A stretch of 32,000 nt of DNA from an uncultured Alphaproteobacteria bacterium (GTDB lineage: Bacteria; Pseudomonadota; Alphaproteobacteria; Rs-D84; CACZYB01), in NCBI GenBank assembly GCA_934246625.1, contig CAKQHZ010000001.1, positions 270,001-302,000 on the forward strand, read 5' to 3'. Below are positions 16,881 to 26,491 of the stretch, one piece after another (the stretch's first letter is position 1; every line of letters starts with the position of its first letter). The notes beneath the pieces are model-generated. The model did not search any database, was not told where the DNA came from, and worked only from the letters and a program-made list of their open reading frames with translations. The translations under genes and the position numbers were made by a program.

Positions 16881-18035
16881 TTATTTTTCGAATACACGAA
16901 CTTCATCTGTCATTACATCATCTGTTTGCATTGTTAATGCTACACGTGATGCAGGAAGTCCCATTTCTGTTAATGTTGTCATTACATCTTTTACATTTTT
17001 CTTTATTGAACCATTTGCTTTGCCTTGTGGAGCTACACCAACAACTTCAAATGTTGCAGATGGGTTTCTTTCCAATACACGGCTTAATGCTTGGTATAAA
17101 GGTTCTGCGAAATCAACTGATGCCTTATCGAATTTTACAACGATTACTGGACGAGTTGATGAAGGAGCAACAATTTCTACTGGTGTAGATGTTGCACGCA
17201 TTGGTTTTAATGAAAAAGAATCTCTTTCTTTTAGCATTACTTTACGAGAAGGACGATTTGCCTTTCGTGGAGCCATACCATAATCTTGAGCTGTTTCATT
17301 TACAAATGCTTCGTATGATTCATCACTTGAAAACATTGAGCCACCATCAGCAAAGAAATCTGTTGAACCTGCTGCACCATAAAGTTTTCCATTTTTAATG
17401 TTAAGAGCAACATCATTTAAGTTGAATTTTTCATTATCAACGTATGCTTGTTGTCTGTCAGCTTCTTGATTTAATTGACGAGCAAAAATTGCAATGTTTG
17501 AACCAATTTGTTTTGCTTCTTCTTCAAGAGCCTTTAATTGTTTGTGGTCATCTTCTGTTGCACCACGGATTTTGTATGATGCTTGGATAGAACCAACCAT
17601 ATAATCAACCATTGATTGATCAGATTCAACATCTGCTACAAGACGTTTAATGTCAAATGCAATATTGTTAATTTTTTCTAATTTAGCACGTGCATCTTTC
17701 CATTCGTCCATAAGTTCAGGATTTCCAGGTGTTGTGCCAAGTTGCAATTTTGAATTGATTTGAGCAACTGCAGTTCTGTAATCTGATACTGCTGTGTTTG
17801 TATCATTTCTCATTTGTTGAAGAGTTGTTTTTCTTCCATCAACTAAACTTTTTAATTGTTCTTGTTCTGATTTGAAATTAGCAATTTTATTTTTCATAAA
17901 TGTGCCATCAAATGCAGTATGTTTTGGTTGATTTGCTTCTACCTTTTTTTCACCACCAAAAAGAGTATCTGAAGTAGAAGAACATGCCCCTAAGATTACT
18001 ACTGATAGTAATGCAAGTATGTTTTTTATTTTCAT
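16881..18035 (-). CDS. Lipoprotein with a long coiled-coil-like region and a small C-terminal alpha/beta (OmpA-like-ish) module; function unknown
   Basis: Lipobox VILGAC. The Q/E/K/L-rich central part looks like heptad repeats. A Ser/Pro linker follows. C-terminus VVKFDKASVDFAEPLYQALSRVLERNPSATFEVVGVAP...LTEMGLPASRVAL. AGGGG SD. Confidence 0.7.
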   Translation of the reverse strand: MKIKNILALLSVVILGACSSTSDTLFGGEKKVEANQPKHTAFDGTFMKNKIANFKSEQEQLKSLVDGRKTTLQQMRNDTNTAVSDYRTAVAQINSKLQLGTTPGNPELMDEWKDARAKLEKINNIAFDIKRLVADVESDQSMVDYMVGSIQASYKIRGATEDDHKQLKALEEEAKQIGSNIAIFARQLNQEADRQQAYVDNEKFNLNDVALNIKNGKLYGAAGSTDFFADGGSMFSSDESYEAFVNETAQDYGMAPRKANRPSRKVMLKERDSFSLKPMRATSTPVEIVAPSSTRPVIVVKFDKASVDFAEPLYQALSRVLERNPSATFEVVGVAPQGKANGSIKKNVKDVMTTLTEMGLPASRVALTMQTDDVMTDEVRVFEK

Positions 18036-18131
18036 TTATTAACCCCTAAGTTATTATGTTAGCAAACTGTTTTTAATACAGATTGATTAAATAATATAAT
18101 CTTTATTATTAAAAATCAACACTTTCTTATA

Positions 18132-18737
18132 TTATTTTTTTATATACTTTTTTACAAGTTTTATCGCTTCTTCTGGTGTATCAACAAGTTTATACATCTT
18201 TTTATTATCCTTTGACATAAAGCCTTCTTTGATAATAGAATCAAGCAATGTTTCAAATGGTTTGAAGAAATTTTTATAATTAATTAAAATAATAGGTCTT
18301 GTTTCTGAAAGTTTGCTTCCTGGAACAACTTCTTTATGTTTTTCATAAATTTCTTTGCCTACTAATAAATCAAATAATTCATCGAATGTGCCAAAGCCTC
18401 CTGGTAAAACAATAAAAGCATTTGAATTGTCGATAAATTCTTTTTTTCTTCTTTGAAGAGATTTTACAATTTTTGTTTTTGTTTTTTTGATTGGTTGTTC
18501 AAATGCTGCAATTACTTCGGTTGTAATACCATAGATGTCCCCACCATTATCAAGAACACCATTTGCTACACCACCCATAAGTCCACGACCACCTGCTCCA
18601 TAAATAAGACGCATATTATTTTTTGCAAGGAGTGTTCCAACGTGATAAGCAAGCTCCATATATTCCTTTTTATTTCCATTGCGAGAACCGCAAAATACAC
18701 TTACTGATGTTTTTTTATTTTTGTTAAATAGTCCCAT
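18132..18737 (-). CDS. LOG-family protein (TIGR00730; cytokinin riboside 5'-monophosphate phosphoribohydrolase-like)
   Basis: GAGGRGLMG and the family signature PGGFGTFDELFD (PGGxGTxxE). AAGGAG SD. Confidence 0.85.
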   Translation of the reverse strand: MGLFNKNKKTSVSVFCGSRNGNKKEYMELAYHVGTLLAKNNMRLIYGAGGRGLMGGVANGVLDNGGDIYGITTEVIAAFEQPIKKTKTKIVKSLQRRKKEFIDNSNAFIVLPGGFGTFDELFDLLVGKEIYEKHKEVVPGSKLSETRPIILINYKNFFKPFETLLDSIIKEGFMSKDNKKMYKLVDTPEEAIKLVKKYIKK

Positions 18738-18806
18738 TTTTTCTCCTTTTTGACTTTATACTTGAAATAATATATCGTAAAAATGTATTTCTTTCAACTA
18801 AATATA

Positions 18807-18835
18807 TTGCAATTTGAAATTTATTTGTTTATAAT
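18807..18835 (+). promoter_or_regulatory. Near-consensus sigma70 promoter driving tRNA-Cys (and probably infC)
   Basis: TTGCAA (18807-18812), a 17-nt spacer, then TATAAT (18830-18835). The tRNA starts 10 nt after the -10 box. Confidence 0.55.
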
Positions 18836-18844
18836 ATCCCCTAT

Positions 18845-18918
18845 GGTCGGTTGGCAGATTGGCTATGCAGAGGACTGCAAATCCTTGTAGACTGGTTCGA
18901 TTCCGGTACCGACCTCCA
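18845..18918 (+). tRNA. tRNA-Cys (anticodon GCA), 74 nt with encoded CCA
   Basis: GGTCGGTTGGCAGATTGGCTATGCAGAGGACTGCAAATCCTTGTAGACTGGTTCGATTCCGGTACCGACCTCCA. Acceptor stem GGTCGGT/ACCGACC, anticodon loop CTGCAAA, T-loop TTCGATT. Confidence 0.93.
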
Positions 18919-18944
18919 TAATAAAACAATAAAGGAGTATATGT

Positions 18945-19469
18945 TTGGCAAATAAAGATAATGGTATTTCATTAAATGTTAATGAAAAAATTCGTGCTCG
19001 TGAAGTAAGACTTATTGGTGCTGATGGCAACAATGTTGGTGTCGTTTCAATAAATGAAGCATTAAATATGGCTCGTGATGCTGGTCTTGATCTTTTGGAA
19101 ATTGCCCCTCAATCAAATCCTCCTGTTTGCAAAATTATGGATTATGGCAAATGGAAATACGAAGAACAAAAAAAATTAAAAGAAGCCAAATCTAATCAAA
19201 AAGTTGTTGAAACAAAGGAACTTAAAATCCGTCCAAATATTGATGTGCATGATTTTGATGTTAAAATGAAATCTGCAAAACGTTTTATCGAAGATGGCAA
19301 TAAAGTTAAGTTTTCTGTTAGATTTAAAGGTCGTGAAATCACAAATCAAGAATCTGGTCTTTCTCTTCTTAATCGTATAAAGGAAGAATTAGGTGATACT
19401 ATCAAGGTTGATAAAGAACCTTTGATGGAAGGAAGACAAATGATTATGTTTGTGTCTCCTGCAAAATAA
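18945..19469 (+). CDS. infC: Translation initiation factor IF-3, with a non-ATG (TTG) start
   Basis: IRAREVRLIGADGNNVGVVSINEALNMARDAGLDLLEIAPQSNPPVCKIMDYGKWKYE and the C-terminal domain KELKIRPNIDVHDF...FKGRE are typical of IF3. AAGGAG lies 7 nt upstream of the TTG. The nearby ATG (18941) is out of frame and closes after 4 codons. Confidence 0.92.
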   Translation: MANKDNGISLNVNEKIRAREVRLIGADGNNVGVVSINEALNMARDAGLDLLEIAPQSNPPVCKIMDYGKWKYEEQKKLKEAKSNQKVVETKELKIRPNIDVHDFDVKMKSAKRFIEDGNKVKFSVRFKGREITNQESGLSLLNRIKEELGDTIKVDKEPLMEGRQMIMFVSPAK

Positions 19470-19513
19470 TTAAATACTTGACCACAATTTTTTAATGTGT
19501 AATCTTTTTAATT

Positions 19514-20515
19514 ATGATAACACAAGAATTATTTAATAAAAATTTAGAATCTATTTTAAAAGCAAAACCAAAAAAGATTGCTGTGGCAGTATCTGGTGGT
19601 TCGGATAGTCTTGCTCTTACCTTACTTTCTTCTTTTTGGGCAAAGGAAAATAATGTTGAAGTTGTGGCAATTACTGTGGACCATAATTTAAGGAAAAATT
19701 CTGCAAAAGAGGCTTTGCTTGTAAATAAATGGCTTCAAAAATATAAAATAAATCATACCATTTTGACCTATAATGGTGAAATTCCAACTTCAAATATAGA
19801 GGCAGTGGCAAGACAATATCGCTATCAAATGCTTTTTGATTATTGTAAAAAAAATAAAATCAAATATTTGTTTGTTGCACATAATGCGGACGAACAAAGA
19901 GAAACTTTCTTTTTAAACCTTTCTCGAGGAAGTGGCGTTTATGGACTTTGCGGAATGCAAAAAATTCAACAAAGAAACGAAATAACTATTGTTCGTCCGA
20001 TGCTTTGCTTTACAAAAGATGAAATAAAAGCATATCTTAAATCATTAAAACAAAAATGGGTTGAGGACCCATCAAACAAAGATAACAAATATAAACGTGT
20101 CAGAATAAGAAAATTAAAAAAACTTATTGATACTTTGGAACTTTCAAATGAACGAATTTCTAATACCTTAGAAAATATGAAACGAGCTCGTGATGCTATT
20201 GATTTTTTTGTAAATGATTTGATTGAAAAATCAATAATTGAAAGCAAAAACGAATCACTTCTTTTTAAAGCAGAACTTTTTCAAACTTATCCAGAAGAAG
20301 TTGTTATTCGTGCGATTGCAAAGATTTTTCAAAATCTGTCTAGAAAAGATTATCCTCCACGATTTGAAAATTTGGAAAATATCTATACAAAAATAAAAGA
20401 TAAATCTTTGACTGGTTCAACTTTGTATAATCTTAAAATTTCGACAAAGAAAAATGATACTATTCTTATTGAAAAAGAAAAAGGCAAAGGTAAAAAAACT
20501 ACTGGTAAAAAATGA
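19514..20515 (+). CDS. tilS: tRNA(Ile)-lysidine synthase (short form)
   Basis: PP-loop VAVSGGSDSLAL, followed by VDHNLR and HNADEQRETFFLNLSRGSG. It lies immediately upstream of ftsH, which is a conserved linkage. No obvious SD. Confidence 0.85.
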   Translation: MITQELFNKNLESILKAKPKKIAVAVSGGSDSLALTLLSSFWAKENNVEVVAITVDHNLRKNSAKEALLVNKWLQKYKINHTILTYNGEIPTSNIEAVARQYRYQMLFDYCKKNKIKYLFVAHNADEQRETFFLNLSRGSGVYGLCGMQKIQQRNEITIVRPMLCFTKDEIKAYLKSLKQKWVEDPSNKDNKYKRVRIRKLKKLIDTLELSNERISNTLENMKRARDAIDFFVNDLIEKSIIESKNESLLFKAELFQTYPEEVVIRAIAKIFQNLSRKDYPPRFENLENIYTKIKDKSLTGSTLYNLKISTKKNDTILIEKEKGKGKKTTGKK

Positions 20516-20566
20516 TTTTATAATATAAACTAGGTCTGTTAAAAATACATATAAAAGGATATTGAA

Positions 20567-22447
20567 ATGAGAAAATATTGGAAATATTTATATCTGATTG
20601 CTGTGATTTTTTTATTTTTCAATCTTATAAGTGATAACAAATCAAATGTTTCAAATAAAAAATCAAATGAAATAAAGTTTTCTGATTTTATTGATAAAGC
20701 CAAAAATGGTGAAATAGAATCTGTTGTTATAAGGGGTGATATGGTTGAAGGAACCCTTAAAGCCAAAAATAAAGATAGCAAAGAAGAAAAATTTATGGCA
20801 AAAACCATATTTTATCCTCGTGTATTTGATATTTTAGAGGAAAATAAGGTTTCAACAGAAGTGAAACTTCCTGATACTCAAGGTTTTAGTGTTTGGAAAA
20901 TAATTGATGTATTTGGTTCTGTATTATGGATTGTGATTTTAGTTCTTCTTTTCAAAAGTATGAAAGGGGATAAATTTGGCATTGGAAAATCCAATATTAA
21001 AATGTTCACACCTGATATGCAAAAGGTAAGATTTTCTGATGTATTAGGGGCAGATGAAGCGAAACAAGAAGTCAGTGAAATTGTGGACTTTCTTGCCGAC
21101 CCAAAGAAATATTCTAGACTTGGGGCAAAAATTCCAAAGGGAGTTTTGCTTGTAGGTTCTCCTGGAACTGGAAAAACTTTACTTGCAAAGGCTATTGCTG
21201 GTGAAGCTGGCGTTCCATTTTTTTCAACAAGCGGTTCTGAATTTGTGGAAATGTTTGTTGGTGTAGGTGCAAGCCGTGTAAGAGCTTTGTTTGAACAAGC
21301 CCAAAAGAATGCTCCTTGTCTTGTTTTCATTGATGAAATTGATGCAGTTGGTCGTCATCGTGGTTCTGGATATGGCGGTGGCAATGATGAACGTGAACAA
21401 ACCCTTAATCAATTACTTGTTGAAATGGATGGATTTGAAACAAACAATGGAATTATTGTAATCGCAGCAACAAATCGTGTTGATGTATTAGATGATGCCC
21501 TACTCCGTCCAGGTAGATTTGATAGACAAGTTTATATTGATTTGCCTGACTTAAAAGGACGTGAAGCAATACTTAAAAAATACATAAGTGAAGTGAAAAT
21601 ACTTTCAGATGTAGATATTGTTTCTGTGGCTCGTGGCACACCTGGATTTAGTGGTGCAGAACTTGCAAACCTTGTGAACGAGGCAGCAATTATCGCCGCA
21701 AGAAAAAATGAAAAAATGATTTCCCAAGCGGATTTTGAATATGCAAGAGATAAACTTCTTATGGGATTAGAACATAAATCAAAAACTATGGCTCCTGAAG
21801 AAATAAAAAATACTGCTTATCATGAAGCTGGTCATGCTCTTTGCTCTGTCCTTCTTCCAGAAGTTGACCCTATACACAAGGCAACAATTATTCCACGTGG
21901 TCAAGCTCTTGGCTTGGTGCAACAACTTCCTGAAAGAGACAAGGTTAGTGTAAATATTACCGAAATTCGTTCTAATATTGCGGTTGCTCTTGCTGGCCGT
22001 ATAAGTGAAGAAACTTTCTTTGGTAAAGATAAAATTACAACTGGGGCTTCTTCTGATATACAATCTGCAACAAGATATGCAAGAAATGCGGTTGTATTTT
22101 GGGGATTATCACCAAAAGTTGGCACTGTTTATTATGGTGAAAGAGATAAATACCCTATTTCTGAAGCAACTGCACGTGAAATAGATGAAGAAGTTAAAAG
22201 AATGATTGATGAAGGATATAAGCTCGCAAAATCAACTATTTCAAAAAACAAAGCAACTTTAGAAAAACTTGCAAAGGCACTTTTAGAATATGAAACATTG
22301 ACAGGAGATGAAGTTCGTGCAATAGTAAAAGGGAAAAAAGTAAAATTAACAAAAAAGGTTGATATTGCTAAAAATAGGATAGAAAGAACATCTTCTGTTC
22401 CTTTGACAATAAAAAAAATAAATAAAAAAGAAGAAAAGAAACAATAA
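20567..22447 (+). CDS. ftsH: ATP-dependent zinc metalloprotease FtsH
   Basis: Two N-terminal TM segments. Walker A GSPGTGKT, Walker B LVFIDEID, an SRH region, and the zinc motif HEAGHAL. Confidence 0.95.
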   Translation: MRKYWKYLYLIAVIFLFFNLISDNKSNVSNKKSNEIKFSDFIDKAKNGEIESVVIRGDMVEGTLKAKNKDSKEEKFMAKTIFYPRVFDILEENKVSTEVKLPDTQGFSVWKIIDVFGSVLWIVILVLLFKSMKGDKFGIGKSNIKMFTPDMQKVRFSDVLGADEAKQEVSEIVDFLADPKKYSRLGAKIPKGVLLVGSPGTGKTLLAKAIAGEAGVPFFSTSGSEFVEMFVGVGASRVRALFEQAQKNAPCLVFIDEIDAVGRHRGSGYGGGNDEREQTLNQLLVEMDGFETNNGIIVIAATNRVDVLDDALLRPGRFDRQVYIDLPDLKGREAILKKYISEVKILSDVDIVSVARGTPGFSGAELANLVNEAAIIAARKNEKMISQADFEYARDKLLMGLEHKSKTMAPEEIKNTAYHEAGHALCSVLLPEVDPIHKATIIPRGQALGLVQQLPERDKVSVNITEIRSNIAVALAGRISEETFFGKDKITTGASSDIQSATRYARNAVVFWGLSPKVGTVYYGERDKYPISEATAREIDEEVKRMIDEGYKLAKSTISKNKATLEKLAKALLEYETLTGDEVRAIVKGKKVKLTKKVDIAKNRIERTSSVPLTIKKINKKEEKKQ

Positions 22448-24240
22448 TGTCATTATTTAAGAAAAAAGATAAACAAAATAGTAAAAAACTTAATACAACT
22501 ATACTTCATCGTATTTGGCGTGAACATACAAAAAAATATATATGGGCATTGATTGGAGCAATGATTATCACATCATTGACTGCTGCAACAGAAGCCTTTT
22601 CTGTATCACTTTTAAAACCAATATTTGATAAGGGATTTATTGACCACAACAGTCATGTATTGTTTGTATTATGTGCCCAAATTGTTGGTCTTTATTTTAT
22701 AAAGGGTTGGTTTTATTTCGCACAAACTATGATACTTACACACATAAGTGCAAGAACTGTGCAAGCAATTCAACAACGTGTTTATTCTCATTTAATTTCT
22801 CTTGATATGGGATTTTTCAGTAAAACAACAAGCGGTCAAATGCTATCTAGAATCTTAAATGATTGTAATTCTATTACAAATATCGCAATTAACTTTATTA
22901 CAAATATTTTCAAAGATTTGATTACATTTATTGCTATGTTTAGCTTGATGTTATATTATTCATGGAAAATGTGTTTGGTTATATTTATATTTTTCCCTGT
23001 GGGTGCAATTGCAATATCTGTGATTATGAAAAAAACTAAACGTATTGCAAAACAAGCTACTCAAGAAGCATCTGATTTCATCAGTCAATTAAACGAATCT
23101 CTTCAAAGTATTAAGATTATTCAATCTTATTGTATGGAAAAATTTGAAACAAAAAGAATGAAGGGACGTCTTACAAACCTTTTTAATCTTCAAATGAAAT
23201 CTGTAAAAACAACAACTATGACAACCCCGATTATTGAAAGTTTATCTGGTTTAATTATGGCTGGAATTATTATTTTTGGTGGTTGGCAAATCGCAAATGG
23301 ATACCTTACAACTGGTGGATTTATAACTTTCCTTGGGGCTTGGGTATCAGTTTATAAACCATTAAAATCTTTGCTTGGGTTCCGTGTGCAACTTCAAACT
23401 GCTCTTGTCAGTGCGGAACGTGTGTATGAAATTATTGATACAAAGCCATCTATCAAAGATTCTGATGATGCGATTGAACTTAAAAATGTTGTTGGGGATA
23501 TTGAAATTAAAAATGTTTCATTTGAATATGAAGCTGGAAAACCAATTATCAAAAACCTTAATATAACTATCCCACATGGAAAAACTATTGCTCTTGTTGG
23601 AGCAAGTGGTGGTGGTAAAACAACTATTGTTAATTTAATTCCACGATTTTTTGAACCAACAAGTGGTGAAATTTTAATTGATGGAGTTAATATTAAAAAA
23701 TATACTCAATCATCACTTAGAAAAAATACATCTCTTGTAAGCCAAGATATTATCCTTTTTGATGATACAATAAGAAATAATATCGCTTATGGTAAAGGTG
23801 AAAATGACTTTGATACCGTTTCTGATGAAGAAATTTTTGAAGCATCAAAAAGTGCGAATGCCTATGACTTTATTATGAATATGTCCGAAGGTTATAACAC
23901 AAAAATAGGAGAAAAAGGTGTAAGACTTTCAGGCGGTCAAAAACAAAGAATTTCGATTGCTCGTGCTATTATTAAAAATGCGCCTATACTTCTTCTTGAT
24001 GAAGCAACTTCCGCACTTGATACCGAATCAGAACACGAAGTTCAAACTGCTCTTGATAATTTGATGAAAAATAAAACTACTATTGTGATTGCTCACAGAC
24101 TTTCAACAATCAAAAATGCTGACAAAATTTATGTGATTGAAAATGGTAAAGTTGTGGAAAGCGGAACTCACGATGAACTTATCAAGGAAAATGGCGAATA
24201 TTCAAAACTTTACAATATGCAATTTTCAAATAAGAAATAG
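22447..24240 (+). CDS. msbA: ABC exporter, fused permease/ATPase, MsbA-like (lipid A / lipid flippase type)
   Basis: A six-helix ABC_membrane domain. Walker A GASGGGKTT, signature LSGGQKQR, Walker B ILLLDEATSALD, and the H-loop IAHRLST. The start overlaps the ftsH stop (TAATG). Substrate assignment is inference. Confidence 0.8.
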   Translation: MSLFKKKDKQNSKKLNTTILHRIWREHTKKYIWALIGAMIITSLTAATEAFSVSLLKPIFDKGFIDHNSHVLFVLCAQIVGLYFIKGWFYFAQTMILTHISARTVQAIQQRVYSHLISLDMGFFSKTTSGQMLSRILNDCNSITNIAINFITNIFKDLITFIAMFSLMLYYSWKMCLVIFIFFPVGAIAISVIMKKTKRIAKQATQEASDFISQLNESLQSIKIIQSYCMEKFETKRMKGRLTNLFNLQMKSVKTTTMTTPIIESLSGLIMAGIIIFGGWQIANGYLTTGGFITFLGAWVSVYKPLKSLLGFRVQLQTALVSAERVYEIIDTKPSIKDSDDAIELKNVVGDIEIKNVSFEYEAGKPIIKNLNITIPHGKTIALVGASGGGKTTIVNLIPRFFEPTSGEILIDGVNIKKYTQSSLRKNTSLVSQDIILFDDTIRNNIAYGKGENDFDTVSDEEIFEASKSANAYDFIMNMSEGYNTKIGEKGVRLSGGQKQRISIARAIIKNAPILLLDEATSALDTESEHEVQTALDNLMKNKTTIVIAHRLSTIKNADKIYVIENGKVVESGTHDELIKENGEYSKLYNMQFSNKK

Positions 24241-24261
24241 TAAAGTTTCGTATAAAAAGAT

Positions 24262-24292
24262 AAAGGGAGGTTTTGCCTCCCCTTTTTATTTT
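24262..24292. terminator. Bidirectional intrinsic terminator between the convergent msbA-like and malQ genes
   Basis: GGGAGG-ttttg-CCTCCC is followed by CTTTTTATTTT on the + strand and by TTTATCTTTTTA on the - strand. Confidence 0.65.
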
Positions 24293-26412
24293 CGTTCTTT
24301 TTTAACTTCCTTTATAAAGTCCTTAATAAAATCTAAATTTTTTAAATTATCTGTTGTAAATGGCAACTTAATTCGCCAATTTGGATATTCATCAACAGTG
24401 CTTGGAACATTTTGCATAAGGGTTTGCCCAACAATATCTTCTATACGAATCATAAATAAGGCACTTTTGCTTTTTGCACCGTATTTATTAAATGATAGTG
24501 CAAGGTTTTCAGGCACACAATCACCACTTAGGCAATATTGAAACAAATCCGCATTATCCACAAAACAATTTTCCCTTTTTAATGCCCTTATAACCGCAAT
24601 TCGTTCAGTATTCCTTGTTTCCAAACTGGTTTCATATTGTGATTTTTTAGGGTAAAGATGGCAAGAATTATTTGCCTTTATATCCTCGGCAATCCAAAAA
24701 CCACAGCTTGTTGCTTGGTCATGAGTTGATACCTGTGCCAATGAAAAGTATGGGTATTTTGTGGTGGAAAGAAAAGCTCCATCTTTGTCCTTTTGCCTAA
24801 ATAAAATTTTATTTGAAAGGATTTTATGTTGTGCCATAAATTCCCTAAAACCATCTGGAACATTACCTAAATCCTCACCAATAACAATACATTTATGCTT
24901 ATGGCTTTCAAGGGTTAATATTGCAACCAAATCTTTCATATTATAATAGATATAAGCGCCCTTACCGTTTTTATTTACCCAAAAAAGTCGCATAAGGCTG
25001 AAGGAATGGTCCAAGCGAATCGCACCTGCATATTGCATAGTTTGTGTAATAAGTGAAATAAATACTTGATAATTTTGTTGAAGTTCAAATGGCTTTAATG
25101 GAGTTAAACCCCATGTTTGTCCCTTTGGTCTTATTGTATCAGGAGGAGTTCCTATATCATAATCAAGTGCAAACATATTTTTGTTTTGCCAAACTTCTGC
25201 ACTATTGGAACTTGCACCTGTAGGAATATCAAGATAAAGTCCAACCTTCATTTTTAATTTTTCACAAAGAGCTTTTATTTTTTTAATTTCTATATCACAA
25301 AGCCAATGTGTATAAGCATAGAAATATATTTTATTTTGATATTTCTTTTTTAATTTTTCCAAATTATCAGGTGTTATATTTTTTAATTCTGTTTTCCATT
25401 TACCCCAAAACGAATCGTTTGTTTCAAGCAAACTTTCAAATAAACATAAATTTACAAGGTTCGTATCAGATGCAAATTTATAAAACTTTTTTGCACGTGA
25501 TGAATTTTTTAAAAGCTCGGTTTTATAAAAGTGATTAAACATCATTTTAAGGATTTTTGTTTTAATTTGAAATGTTTTAAAATAATCAACCTTGTCCGAA
25601 TTTTCTAAAATATTTACCTGTTTTTTATATGATAAAGACTTGATAAACTTGCTTACTTCTTCTGATTGTTTAAAATCATTTTGTTTTGGTAAATCAAGAT
25701 AAAGATAGTTCAAATATTCACGGGATAAAGCACGATAAGGAGATACATCTGATTTGCTTTTGTTATACATTGCACCCAGCGGATTTAAGCCAACAAAATC
25801 ACAGTCCTTGTCCGCAACATATTTTATCAAATTTTCAAGAGCGGTAAAGTTTCCAACACCCATATCATTTTTTGAACGAAGTGCATAAAGTTGAATCCCA
25901 AGCCCCAATAATTTTTTTTGCTTTGCTTCTATTTGTTTTGGGAAATAAGCATATTGTGGGGCATATATGATAAATGAATTTAATACCATCTTTCCAACAA
26001 AAACTTTCAAAGAATAATATCCAAAATCCTTTGGTAAAGGAAGTTCAAATTGAATATGGGTTAAATTTTTCTTATCAATACGTTTATTCTCCTTTGTTTG
26101 AAAATTTTTGATAACACCTGTTTTTATAACTTTGTCATTTTGTAAAATTTTATATACAATTTGTGAATCAAGCAATGTGGTATCAAGATATAAATCAATC
26201 AACTTTTTATCATTTTCAAAAAATGATATACTTGGCGAAATACCATTATACCAACAAAAATTCGGTATGGTTTTCATATCCATTTTTGAAAGATGAAAGG
26301 ATTTAATAAATAAATTCCTCATTTGATTATCGGTATTATGGGTAATTCCCATTTTATCAATGTAATAGTTTGAAAGTCCAAGTGCCTCTGATAATATTTT
26401 GATATTATTCAT
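24286..26412 (-). CDS. malQ: 4-alpha-glucanotransferase (amylomaltase, GH77), long MalQ-type with an N-terminal extension
   Basis: GH77 motifs YLDIPTGASSNSAEVW, AIRLDHSFSLMRLFW, VIGEDLGNVPDGF and VSTHDQ. At 708 aa it is comparable to long MalQ enzymes. Confidence 0.88.
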   Translation of the reverse strand: MNNIKILSEALGLSNYYIDKMGITHNTDNQMRNLFIKSFHLSKMDMKTIPNFCWYNGISPSISFFENDKKLIDLYLDTTLLDSQIVYKILQNDKVIKTGVIKNFQTKENKRIDKKNLTHIQFELPLPKDFGYYSLKVFVGKMVLNSFIIYAPQYAYFPKQIEAKQKKLLGLGIQLYALRSKNDMGVGNFTALENLIKYVADKDCDFVGLNPLGAMYNKSKSDVSPYRALSREYLNYLYLDLPKQNDFKQSEEVSKFIKSLSYKKQVNILENSDKVDYFKTFQIKTKILKMMFNHFYKTELLKNSSRAKKFYKFASDTNLVNLCLFESLLETNDSFWGKWKTELKNITPDNLEKLKKKYQNKIYFYAYTHWLCDIEIKKIKALCEKLKMKVGLYLDIPTGASSNSAEVWQNKNMFALDYDIGTPPDTIRPKGQTWGLTPLKPFELQQNYQVFISLITQTMQYAGAIRLDHSFSLMRLFWVNKNGKGAYIYYNMKDLVAILTLESHKHKCIVIGEDLGNVPDGFREFMAQHKILSNKILFRQKDKDGAFLSTTKYPYFSLAQVSTHDQATSCGFWIAEDIKANNSCHLYPKKSQYETSLETRNTERIAVIRALKRENCFVDNADLFQYCLSGDCVPENLALSFNKYGAKSKSALFMIRIEDIVGQTLMQNVPSTVDEYPNWRIKLPFTTDNLKNLDFIKDFIKEVKKERK

Positions 26413-26491
26413 AATCCCCTCTTTTGGTTTTACTTGTCTTTTAAATTATGATAAGATTATATCATAAGTATAACAACTAAACAAAGAAATT

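Noticed and set aside
16876-17283. 135-aa plus-strand ORF opposite the lipoprotein gene
   Set aside because: It is antisense to a gene with a lipobox, an SD and a terminator. It has no independent translation signals.
20878-21330. 150-aa antisense ORF inside ftsH, plus the other antisense or out-of-frame ORFs within ftsH, recJ, murE and malQ
   Set aside because: These are shadow ORFs in the more GC-rich, highly conserved coding regions. They have no SD and no motifs, and the sense-strand genes are unambiguous.
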